From assembly GCA_964019335.1 (NCBI GenBank), contig OZ025717.1, forward strand, positions 372,001 to 436,000: a stretch of 64,000 nt of DNA, written 5' to 3'. The stretch comes from Diplonema japonicum. Lineage: Eukaryota > Protista > Euglenozoa: Diplonemea. The position numbers were made by a program, and so were the translations under genes. Positions 10,549-22,530 of this stretch are shown here, piece by piece. Below the pieces are notes generated by a model. The model did no database searches. It was not told the origin of the DNA and saw only the letters and a program-made list of their open reading frames with translations. Every line of letters begins with the position of its first letter. Position 1 is the stretch's first letter.

Positions 10549-11781
10549 TCAACAATCCAATTCAATCTTTGAAATATCGATGATGCCCTGATCTATAAGA
10601 TTCTGTCTGATGGCGTCCATGTCGCCTGGGGCGATGGCGAGATCATTCTTGACTTCTTCCAAGGTTTGGAGACCGTTCTTGTGGGTCACCCGGACACGTT
10701 TACAGGAAATATTTCGGCCGGCACCCTGCCCACCAGAAATGTGCCAGCTGTTGCGAATAAGGTACTCGAAGTACTGCTCGTTGGTGATGCCAGAGGAAAT
10801 ATCATTGTAGTAAGAAACAAAGTGCTCCATCGTAACCTCGCAGTCAGGAGAGATGAAATCCCACGAAGCTGCAAACTCACCACGCATTTCATCTACCCCT
10901 ACTTGCTCCGATTCAACAAGAGGGTGGTACTTCATATCACATGACTCAACAAGCTTCTCTAACGTGAGTTCGCTTCCGTGTATTTTTTTCAGCTGCTTAA
11001 ACGCCGTCCGCACCAAGGCAGCTCGTCTCTGGTTCATCGGACCTCGTATACCGTCTAAAAACTCGGTGATGCTGATCTGCCCCGACCTGTCCCTGTCGAA
11101 GTAGTTGAACAGTAATCGCATCTCCTCATCACCCAGCTGAACCCCGTAGTCCATAAGCCCTTCAGAGAGCTCTTCAATACAGAGCTGCCCGTTCTGGTTC
11201 AGATCCATCACAGCGAGCATTCTTCGTATCTTTCGAAACCCTTCGTCGCCGCCATTCTGAAGGAGGAACGTGCGTATTTTGCTTACCAGCATGAGGTCTC
11301 TATCTATTGGTGATAGAGCCTTCCCTTGCATGGAATTCTTTGGTGGTTCCTCCCGTACTTTTGGATTCGTGTATGTTTTTGACATTTCTGTGTGCCATTG
11401 TGGGGCGCTGCCAGGGATCAATACAGGTTGGTGTCCCGGGAATATTGTTTTCTCCTTGTTCATTAGCCCTGCCATTTCTAGCTGGTCGGCTTTGTATCCC
11501 TGTTTCTCGCGCAGTGTGTTCCCGCCTCTTTCGGTCACACTTACACGTGACTCGTTCAGCTTTCTCTCCTCGTCGCTCACCAAATGCGGTCTTCTGTTGT
11601 TGTACCTCAGGTCCGCTTGTTCTTCACTCCAGTTCCCCATCAGCGTTTTGACGGAGTACCCGTTCTTACCGACTCCTTGTGTTCCTCTTTGGTGGCACCC
11701 CAGGAGGTATCCTCTTTGGTTCGGCTGGTTGAGTTTGCATGTAACTCTCTCGCTGATGCGTTCTTCGAGGTGCTCGCACAT
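10549..11781 (-). CDS. Calcyphosin-like EF-hand protein with an N-terminal GNW motif
   Basis: EF-hands DLNQNGQLCIEE and DRDRSGQISITE. Calcyphosin-type segment GIRGPMNQRRAALVRTAF..YHPLV..FVSYYNDISSGI..YFEYLIRNSWH. N-terminal YSVKTLMGNWSEE. Confidence 0.75.
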   Translation of the reverse strand: MCEHLEERISERVTCKLNQPNQRGYLLGCHQRGTQGVGKNGYSVKTLMGNWSEEQADLRYNNRRPHLVSDEERKLNESRVSVTERGGNTLREKQGYKADQLEMAGLMNKEKTIFPGHQPVLIPGSAPQWHTEMSKTYTNPKVREEPPKNSMQGKALSPIDRDLMLVSKIRTFLLQNGGDEGFRKIRRMLAVMDLNQNGQLCIEELSEGLMDYGVQLGDEEMRLLFNYFDRDRSGQISITEFLDGIRGPMNQRRAALVRTAFKQLKKIHGSELTLEKLVESCDMKYHPLVESEQVGVDEMRGEFAASWDFISPDCEVTMEHFVSYYNDISSGITNEQYFEYLIRNSWHISGGQGAGRNISCKRVRVTHKNGLQTLEEVKNDLAIAPGDMDAIRQNLIDQGIIDISKIELDC

Positions 11782-11868
11782 GTTCTTTTTTCTTTGTGTA
11801 GGGTTGCACTGTGTGGGGTTTAAAAAAAAATGGATGGGAATTAGTCGTGTGTGTAAAGAAAGATTTTT

Positions 11869-13003
11869 TTAGGCTCTTTGTATGCTTGCAACCTTTCTTT
11901 TTAAGAATCTTAGCTTAGCTCGTTCCAAGTCGTCCTTGTCGTTCCTTCTCGTCATGCGTTTGATTCTGTTCTCCTGCACGAGCTTCTTCCTGTGCTCGTC
12001 GAGGTATGCAAGCTTGTCGATTGTTTTCGCTGTGGATCCAGCGTTCACGTCTTCTGTGTTCTCTCCGTCTGCGTTGTTTTCTTCTTCTTGTTCCTTTTGT
12101 TTGGCTGCTTCTGCTTCTTGTTGTTCCTTCTTCGCTGCCTCTTCGGCTGCTTTAGCTGCAGCTTCCGCTTCTTCTTCTTCCTCCCTCTTTTCTTTTTCCT
12201 CTTCTTCCTTAATCACCGAGTTGCGTTGGTCTTGCTTCATCTTTAAGTACCTGGATAAAAAAAAAAGAAAGAATTTTATATTTTTTTCTTGCAACCCACA
12301 AGTATGCATACCGTTCCCTGCGATCTTTTTTCTTTTGCTGGTCTTGTTTAAAAATCAGCCCTTCGAGTTCTTTCTGATAGTCCTCTTCGGGTTTCTCCGT
12401 GGGTGCCTCTGTTGCGGTTCTTGCGTTGAGCATGAACGAGTTGAAGGACGCGAAGCCTTTGCGTTCGACCGCGTTTTCCGCTTCCTTCTTCGCCTCGTTT
12501 GCTTCCTTCTCTTCACGCTCACGTTGCTCAGCGATCTTCTTACGGTACCCAGAGGTCACGATGGGCGCAATCTCGGAATCCACTTCTTCGTAAAATTGGT
12601 TTGTAGATTCCGCCTCTCTTTGGATGAGTCTAATGTCCGTCAGCTCTCTGTCCCGTTCACGTTGGGCAGCTGCTGACTTCATGTCGCCGATCCACTTTGC
12701 GTTCGACGACTTCGCGTGTTCCCGCTTTGCCTTCTCTACAGCTGTTTTCTTCTGTAGCATCTCGTCGTAGTTCTTCTCATAATCATACACTCCAGGCGTT
12801 TCTTCTTCTGCCTTTTCCACCAGTTCTTTCATCAGCTTGTCGTTCTTCTCTGTCTGCGCCTTTATGCTCCTTGCAACCATGTCAGCACCCCCCTCATCAC
12901 TGCTGCTGTCGTCGCCAAAGCCAGCGATCACCACGTCAACCTTAGGGTTCGCCGCCAAACCCGTCTTCTTCGGCGCTGGTTTGAAACTGAAGCTGAACGA
13001 CAT
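11869..13003 (-). CDS. NSRP1/CCDC55 (DUF2040)-like coiled-coil splicing regulator; intron 12251-12311
   Basis: Motifs VYDYEKNYDEM, KWIGDMKSAAAQRERDRE, IVTSGYRKK and C-terminal LERAKLRFLKRK. A GT-AG intron joins the two ORFs in frame. Confidence 0.75.
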
Positions 13004-13463
13004 AGCAGAATGCCCTGTGACGGTGGGTGGGTGGGTATGGATTTCTTTTTTTGTTGTTGTGCCAGACGTTAAAAAATATAATAGAGGCCGGTAATATTTC
13101 TCTCGAAGCTGTCAAAGTGCCCCAAGCAACACAACATTACCAGGGGTTATTGTAGAGACAATACGATGCAGTTTTCATCTGCAGATACAGGCAGAACAAG
13201 ATAGCAGGAAACCAAGCGATCAAATAACAGCAAGAGAGACACGTGGGAAAAAAGAAGGTGGGGGGGGGGGACCTTTTCTCCATGGGCAGCAGGCTGTCCC
13301 TTTGTTTCGGAGGAAGAGGTCGGTGTGCATTCAAGTATAAAAACGTTAGCTCTTTGAAAAGAGAAGATTCAATTTGGAGCACTCGGTAAAACAAGACAAA
13401 GCTCTACCCGAAAGGTGCTCAGGTACGAGATAGCACACAACACAGTAGGATGGGAAACAGCGC

Positions 13464-15107
13464 TCACGGGTTGTTATAAAACCCCCACTTGGCCCAGAAG
13501 TCGCACACGTCCTTCTTGAGGTCTTTCTTCATTTGTGTAGGTGTCATGAGCGACATGAAGTTGTCACCGTTAGCAACATCGTACCTGTACCTCTCCCAGG
13601 AAGGGCAGTCAGGGCACTTGATGTCACCGGATTCTGCAATAGACGCCCACCAGGCCGACATTTTAGCCGACAGGGCATGGTCCTCAGGCAGCCAGTTGGA
13701 CTGCGGGAGGTTGAAAACGTATGGGATTTCCGACCCGTGGAAGTCACCACTGGTGTTGTACGTAGGGCTGTTCAGCGTCTGGTTGAACTGGTACACGTAC
13801 ACAGGGTTCTTGCGTGCTGGGTGCGCCACCAAGGCACGGGAGAACATACGTGTTGGGCACGCGAAGAAGAAATCGGTGATGAGATGCTCCGTTCGCTCCT
13901 TGTATGTAGTCAGAGGCAGCGTCATGTAGTACTGGTCCACAGCTACTGATGCGGTTTCGTTGAGGAAGTGTCGCAGGGTCCTCTCCCAACCAGCTTTGTT
14001 GAACTCGACAGGCAGCAGGCCCCCGTTCACAATGAACGGCGTCAGCGGTGCGAAAGTAGTCCCCTCGTCATGGTTGGTCCCAATAATGAGCGGCACGTCT
14101 GTGATGGTCCCGTCGGCAGCCTGCTCGATAGGCGGTTTGGGGATGACCGTCCCGTCAACGGTCGGCCAGTACCCCATCACAGGCATGAGGCGCGTCATGA
14201 CGCCCTGGGCATCTTCAGGGTACTTCCGCCTCCATTCCAACAACGGCGACAGAACCTCGTTCACAGTGAGGGACCTAAGGCACTTCATTTGCACCTGCTG
14301 TCCGACGGACGACGGGCATCCGACCTTTTCCGCGTAGAATTCGCCGAAGCGGGTGGCGTTGGAATACGAGAGGAAGGACACGTCACTGACGGGTACAGAC
14401 GACTCCGCAGCTGCTGCGTGGAAGTAAGGGCGTGAGCTTGGCATGGCCAGCTGCGCGATGACAGAGACGCCACCGGCCGACTCGCCGAAGATCATGACGC
14501 TGTCCTTGTCACCACCGAAGGCAGCGATGTTCTGGTTCACCCACCGCATGCCAAACTGCTGGTCGAGCAGACCGTAGTTCCCCGTTGTGTTATGCTCAGC
14601 AAACATGGCATCCAGTGCCATGAAGCCCAGGCTGCCCACTCGGTAGTTCATGGCCACAACTATCCTGTTATACTTGAGTGCTAAGTTCGCTCCGTTGTAC
14701 GCATTACCTTGGTCGTCGGCACCAAGCACGAACCCGCCACCGTAGATCCACACCATCACAGGGAGCTTACTGCCGCTGGTCATGTTGCTTGGGCGGTATA
14801 CATCCAACGTGAGGCAGTCTTCCTTACCGAAGCTCACATCTGTGAAAATATGTAGTTGTGGGCACTCAGCGGGCTGTACATCCGCAGGCAGCCTCTTCAC
14901 TTCGCTCCATGGCTCAGGATCCACAGGTGGTGCAAACCGCAGCTCCCCCATAGGCGGCTTGGCAAACGGGATACCCCAAAAGTACTGCGTCCCCGTCACT
15001 TTGTTCACATGACCTTCTACCTTACCCCACTTCGTTTCCACGATAAGAGGCTCCTGGCACACTGCCCCGTAGGCAGCAGCCAATAGACAAACAACAGTGT
15101 TTTTCAT
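13464..15107 (-). CDS. Secreted type-B carboxylesterase
   Basis: GIPFAKPP.GELRF, EDCLTLDVY, WIYGGGF, nucleophile GESAGG, GTNHDEG, FHGSEI; signal peptide MKNTVVCLLAAAYGAVC. Confidence 0.9.
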   Translation of the reverse strand: MKNTVVCLLAAAYGAVCQEPLIVETKWGKVEGHVNKVTGTQYFWGIPFAKPPMGELRFAPPVDPEPWSEVKRLPADVQPAECPQLHIFTDVSFGKEDCLTLDVYRPSNMTSGSKLPVMVWIYGGGFVLGADDQGNAYNGANLALKYNRIVVAMNYRVGSLGFMALDAMFAEHNTTGNYGLLDQQFGMRWVNQNIAAFGGDKDSVMIFGESAGGVSVIAQLAMPSSRPYFHAAAAESSVPVSDVSFLSYSNATRFGEFYAEKVGCPSSVGQQVQMKCLRSLTVNEVLSPLLEWRRKYPEDAQGVMTRLMPVMGYWPTVDGTVIPKPPIEQAADGTITDVPLIIGTNHDEGTTFAPLTPFIVNGGLLPVEFNKAGWERTLRHFLNETASVAVDQYYMTLPLTTYKERTEHLITDFFFACPTRMFSRALVAHPARKNPVYVYQFNQTLNSPTYNTSGDFHGSEIPYVFNLPQSNWLPEDHALSAKMSAWWASIAESGDIKCPDCPSWERYRYDVANGDNFMSLMTPTQMKKDLKKDVCDFWAKWGFYNNP

Positions 15108-15583
15108 CTGCCCCTGGTGGGTTGGTTTTAGAAGCAACGTAATGAATGTAGAGAGAAAGGAAAACAAAAGGGGTGACACGAGGGAGGGGTAAAAAAGTAG
15201 GGGGGATAAATGAGTGACCAAGTGTCACTATTGTTCATTTTTTTATCCTCATTTTTTTTTCTTCCACAATTGTCTTGTCTTGTCTTGTAATAAAAATAAT
15301 AAAGGGGAAAAAAAACCACATAAAATAACTTGGAAAGCACTGGGAGAGGAGAAACAAACAAGAAATAGCATCTGCCCTATAGACGCTCAACACCGTTAGC
15401 ATCGTGCGAAAGATGGCAGCAGCATGAAGCAGAGGGAGGAAAAGGGTTCAAAAACATTTTACCACAGGAATGGGAAGCACATCAGGAATGGGGACCCAAG
15501 CTTCATAAGCCCAGGAGAGGAGTTTTTTCGTTTTTTTTTTTTTTTTTTTTTTTTTAAATTCTCAAGCATCAATGCGAGAGTGC

Positions 15584-15695
15584 CTACTTCCAAGGAGGGA
15601 TGACACCACTGCACCTGGAGCTCCCCGGGAGGAGCTTCTTGCAGAGGGCTTGGGCAAGCTGGGTCGGGGTCGCCTGTCCCGCCTCAGCAGGCTTG
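15584..15695 (-). pseudogene. Duplicated 3' end (112 nt) of the neighbouring GH18 gene
   Basis: Identical to 16067-16178 (KPAEAGQATPTQL...IPPWK*). Confidence 0.85.
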
Positions 15696-16066
15696 GGAAG
15701 CACTGGGAGTGGGGAAAGGATTGAAAGTAGAAAAGAAATAAAGCACACAAAAGGAGAGAAAGAAAAACCCCTCTTGATGAACTGCCAGGTAAATGGACGG
15801 CCAACGCTGTTTGCGTTGTGTGGGAAGAGATGGCAGCAGGAATGAAGCAGTGGGGAAGGGAGGGAAATTGGGTGGACACGAGACATTTTTACCACAATAA
15901 AGAAAAAAATCACACTGCTGTGGGGAAGATATACAAACACCCACCAAACGGGAAAGAAGAAAGAAGGAAAGAAAGAAAGAGGGAGAAAGAAAAAAAAGAA
16001 TGAAGAATACTCGATGGTTTTCTCTCTTTTTTTTTGTCCCCCCCCACATCATTCACACCCTCTCCT

Positions 16067-17494
16067 CTACTTCCAAGGAGGGATGACACCACTGCACCTG
16101 GAGCTCCCCGGGAGGAGCTTCTTGCAGAGGGCTTGGGCAAGCTGGGTCGGGGTCGCCTGTCCCGCCTCAGCAGGCTTGTACATCTCCCAGAAGAACCCTC
16201 CCGCGTGGGAGGACTGGGTCTGAGAGATGATGCTGTCCATCATCTGGGTGGTGAGGGGAAGCTGGTGGGTGGGGTCGTGCTTGGGGTCCGGGTAGGCGGG
16301 GGTCCCGATCTCGTAGCCGACAGAGGCGGCGATGGGAACCTCCTTGTAGGTGTTCATGTAGAAGGCCACCTGCTGGTCCAGCTGGCACACCCCGGGCTGC
16401 GGGCACTCGTGGTACTGCTCGTTCGAGCTCAGGTCGTAGGTCATCACGTTCACCCCTCCAGAGCTGGGGCCTCCCGCCATGAAGCTCACCAGGTCAGGGT
16501 AGGCTTGGTTCACCTTCAACCACAACCCCTTCAGGTTCCCTCCCCACCAGCTCCCTCCCCACGCCCCCACAGCTCCCGCCGCAGTCGACAGCTTCATCTT
16601 CGGCGCCACCTTCCTCATCGTCCCCTCCACGTTCTTCAGGATAGCCGCGTACTTGTACACGGTCTGCTGCAGGTCCCAAGGCCCCGTCCCCGTCTTGAAG
16701 GTGTCGGCGTGCCACATCTCCTCGTAGTCGACGTCCACCCCTGCGCACCCCAGGTCCTTCGCCAGGTGCACGAGGTCCTCGTAAGGGTTCCTCCCTGCCG
16801 ACAGGTACGCCGTCATCCCCGGAACCAGGGTCGAGATCCCTGTCTTCGGATCCGTCCACTGCTGCCCGGGGATCATGTTCTCGTTCCACTGGGGTGTCGC
16901 CGCCCCGTTCGCTCCCGCCTCCACGTACTCCTTCGCAGCCTTCCAAGAAGCAGAGTGCGAGGGCTCAGGGAAGATGGAGAAGGACTTGTCGAGAGAGGTG
17001 TGCTGCGAGGGAGGCTCGCACACGTAGCAGTACTGGTTCCCCTTCGTGCAGCCGCTCAAGCTGCCCCCTCCGAACTCTTGGATCTTCCAGTAGTTCGGGG
17101 TGCTCGTCCCGTAGCCTCCGACCGAGTAGCGCATGTACAGGTAAGGGTAGCAGTTGTAGTTCCACCCTCCCATCGACAGGAAGGTCTCCACCCCGCCCGC
17201 CTCCAGCTGCTTCACGTACTGCTCCACCTCCGCGAACCCACCGTCCGCCGCCGCCGTCAGGTTCAGCCCCGTCCCGACAAGGGTCCGCGACCCGTTCACG
17301 TACAGCATCGTCGGCGACACGAACGACAGCCACATCCTGTTCACAGGGAGGCTCCCAGCCTTGCTCGCAAGCACCTTCAGCTGCTGCACGTCCTGCACAA
17401 GGAGGTACCCGCCCACGTAGTTCTTCCCAGCTCCTTCCGTCCCCGTTGCGAGAAGCAGTGCTGCTGCCAGTGAACTCAGTAACAAGCCTGACAT
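16067..17494 (-). CDS. Secreted glycoside hydrolase family 18 (chitinase-like)
   Basis: Signal peptide MSGLLLSSLAAALLLATG; LSMGGW, AGVDVDYEE (DxDxE), NVMTYD, GGFFWE. Confidence 0.8.
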   Translation of the reverse strand: MSGLLLSSLAAALLLATGTEGAGKNYVGGYLLVQDVQQLKVLASKAGSLPVNRMWLSFVSPTMLYVNGSRTLVGTGLNLTAAADGGFAEVEQYVKQLEAGGVETFLSMGGWNYNCYPYLYMRYSVGGYGTSTPNYWKIQEFGGGSLSGCTKGNQYCYVCEPPSQHTSLDKSFSIFPEPSHSASWKAAKEYVEAGANGAATPQWNENMIPGQQWTDPKTGISTLVPGMTAYLSAGRNPYEDLVHLAKDLGCAGVDVDYEEMWHADTFKTGTGPWDLQQTVYKYAAILKNVEGTMRKVAPKMKLSTAAGAVGAWGGSWWGGNLKGLWLKVNQAYPDLVSFMAGGPSSGGVNVMTYDLSSNEQYHECPQPGVCQLDQQVAFYMNTYKEVPIAASVGYEIGTPAYPDPKHDPTHQLPLTTQMMDSIISQTQSSHAGGFFWEMYKPAEAGQATPTQLAQALCKKLLPGSSRCSGVIPPWK

Positions 17495-17605
17495 GTCTTT
17501 TATTTTTTTGAGAGTTTCCTCTTTGTTGTTTCGTGAATCCTTTTCGTTGTGGTTTTGTTGTGCTAGCGAGATCACTCGAAAAATGGCCGTGCCACAGTGC
17601 ACGAA

Positions 17606-19261
17606 GGATATCAGTCTCGTCTTCTAATAAAATAATGTGATCAGGAGGCCTGTTGAGGGACTTCACACGCAAATTGCCAAATTATATAAAAGTGTCATCA
17701 CTTGTCTTTCTTATACCCCTCGGAAGCAGATGGAATTCACTGGACAGAACAAAAGTACAACGAAAAGAGCATCCTTTTTTCTTTTTCTCGCAAAGAGGAT
17801 AGCCTCAGGAAAGTACCAATCAACTTTGATGAGAAACCAAGCAGTGCTTTCCATTCTTCTTCTTGCGAGACAGAAAAAAGCAGGTCTCGCCATCATCGGT
17901 GACCGATCAGTGCACAGTGGGCTCAGTCAGGCTAAGGCATGATGTGGCTCGAGAAATGCTATTCATTTTCCAAGGTTCTTTGATACCATGGAAGCAGTAA
18001 ATTTGGTTTTTAAATGTATGACACATGGTTGTCCCATGCCACGTAAGAGCCCTTTAAGCATCGAGGCAGGGATAGAATATATGTACCGCAGCAAAGGGAA
18101 AGGGGGTTTGACCCCCCCACCTCTGTTGACTTGCTTTACGAGCCGATCAGCGGGGAGCTGTGCACCACGGTGACAAAGGGTGCCTCCCATCCAAAGATTC
18201 GGTCGAGGGTTTAAAAGGTGTTGGGCTGTTTGGTTGTTTAGGAAGCAGGTCCCGCCATCATCATCTGTGACCGATCAGTGCATGGTGGGCACAATCAGAC
18301 TGTGACTCAAGTCACACAGAAGATAGTCATCAAATCTTCCCAACGAATCCTAATGGTGTGTGCTACAGGGAAGCACCCCATGGTCCTGTTGGGTGGACAA
18401 TTATATTTTTTTTTAGCTGCTGCACATCAGTGAAAATGGGAAGCAGGTCTCGCCATCATCGGTGACCGATCAGTGCACAGTGGGCTCAGTCAGGCTAAGG
18501 CATGATGTGGCTCAGAGCGCCAGAAGGGAAAAAAAAAAAGTTTTATTTGCAATCTCCATTCGTACACGGATATCAGTCTCGTCTTCTAAGAAAATAAATG
18601 TGATCAGGAGGCCTGTTGAGGGACTTCACACGCAAATTGCCAAATTATAAAAGTGTTGTCATCATTCGTCTTTCTTTCCAAGAACAATAGATGACACCAG
18701 GAAGCAGCTCTCGCCATCATCGGTGACCGATCAGTGCACAGTGGGCTCAGTCAGGCTAAGGCATGATGTGGCTCAAAAAAAACAATCGCTGGTTGGCATC
18801 ATCAAATCTTCCCAACGAATCCTAATGGTGTGTGCTACAGGGAAGCACCCCATGGTCCTGTTGGGTGGCTTCTCAACTACTTCTTCCTGTCAACAAGGAC
18901 TTCTCCTGCAAGCAACAGCACCTCTGCGACAAGGGTGTGACGAGGGACTGCACAGGCAGCACTCTCCCGCCAAAGTAACTCGTCGTGTCCTTACTTTGTT
19001 CCATCCTTTCTCTTCTTCTTCTTCTTCTTCTTCTTCTCATCTGCCCAACAATTCCTAGTGGTGTGTGCCACTTAGGAGGCACCCCACGGTCCGGTTGGAC
19101 GCCCTGCTACCTCAACTCCCCTCTTTGCACAAAGGATATCAGTCTCGTCTTCTAAGAAAATAAATGTGATCAGGAGGCCTGTTGAGGGACTTCACACGCA
19201 AATTGCCAAATTATAAAAGTGTTGTCATCATTCGTTACCTTCTTTACCCCTCGGAAGCAGA
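17606..19261. repeat. Patchwork repeat island of three interleaved modules
   Basis: Module A (ggatatcagtctcgtcttctaa...caaattata) at ~17606, 18568, 19134. Module B (gcaggtctcgccatcatcggtgaccgatc...gtggctc) at ~17880, 18443, 18704, degenerate at ~18245. Module C (catcaaatcttcccaacgaatcc...gttgggtgg) at ~18328, 18800, degenerate at ~19040. Confidence 0.85.
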
Positions 19262-19827
19262 TAGAGAAAAATGTGAATAATAATAAAAAAACAGAGGAAA
19301 ACAGGGGAAGCATGAAAGGAGAAAAAAAAAGAGAAAAAAAAAGTGGGGAAAGAAAATGACAGCCGGTAGGAAAGTAGGGTAACACTAAACCGATGGATGG
19401 TGGGTGAAGCTAAAAAAAAGAAAAACGTACCCAAACCCGAAAAGGAAAAAAAAATGGGGGGAAATATTTCTGTCAAAAGGGGAAGGGAGGTAATGAAGAA
19501 AAAAATAAGGGGGGCATAAAAAAAGAAAACCCAAGCAAAAAAAAAGAATAAAAGGAACCCAAAAAATACCACTTGAAAAGGAAAAAAAAATCCCTTTTTT
19601 TTTTCAATCTCGGTCAAAAAACATTTTTTCCAGCAAAAACAAATACCGATTTTTTTTTTTTTTTTTTTTTTTTCCATCCGAAAGGGAGGGGAGCGGGGGG
19701 CTTACCATAACTGTCAAAAAAAGGGGACCCTGGGAAAAAAAGGTGATGGCTTTTTTTTTTTTTTTTTTTTTTGGAGAATCCATTTTTATGTTTTTTTTTT
19801 TCCCTTCATTAATTTCTGCAAGTGATT

Positions 19828-21618
<1,791 letters not shown>

Positions 21619-22067
21619 TTTATTTCTTTAATGTAATAGACTAAGGAGTTCTCCTGTGGAAAATCTAACATTTTTGATGGACTCAAAGAATAAAGGATCC
21701 ACTACATGGTCTTTTCCTAATTAAGGAAGAAACCAACAACGACTTGGAAGAACCAAAAAAAAGAGGGGGAAGAGTGGGGAGGACAAAACAACAACCACGG
21801 AAGGACGTAAGCCACGCAGATGCCAAAAATAAAAAAAATGAAAGGAAACAAAAGAAGAAAATAGCAGCGTCACAGCAAAGTGTCAAATAACTACAGGTCC
21901 CCCTCTTTTTTTTTTCTGGTTTTTTTTTTGTTTTCTTGCCTAAACAAGGAAATCGTAAATGCGCAAAAAAAAAAAAGTAGAAAAAAAAAAGAGAGGGGTC
22001 CCGTGCACAATACTCGTCTTTTGGCAGGGTGGGAGATGACGTAAAAAAAAAAAAAAAAAAAAAAAAA

Positions 22068-22170
22068 CTAGTTTGGCATCCATTTGTTTGTGCGCACGAC
22101 CTCTACCCAATAAAATAGCTCATTACGCTGCCATCAACTAGTTTTTAGTCTCGACAATAATATTGTTAAA
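22068..22170. repeat. ~100-bp dispersed element with imperfect inverted ends (copy 1)
   Basis: Similar to 53610-53718; AAAAACTAGTTTGGC...TGCCATCAACTAGTTTTT followed by a shared tail agtctcgacaataa. Confidence 0.7.
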
Positions 22171-22530
22171 ACAAAAAAAAAAAAACACCCCCTTTCCCCT
22201 CAAAAAGGGACATGTATGGCACTTTCACTGCGGTAACACACTGATATCATCACCCATTTTCTTAATTGAGATTTTGGAAAGAGGTAAGAGGTATGAAAAA
22301 GGGGCTTTTTTTTGTTCTTTCTTTCTTTTTCTTTTTTTTTAAAAGATGGCTGTTTTTAAGTGAGCATATACAAAAAAAGAGGGGAAAAAAAGGGGGAAAA
22401 AAAAACCACACGGGAGGGGAGGGGAAAAAGGGAGTGAAGTCGGTGGTACGTTCTAACTTTTTTTTTCCTTCCATCTTCTTTCTTTTCTCCCCCCCCCCGA
22501 TCCCCTCACCACCACCCCCTTTTTTTTTCC

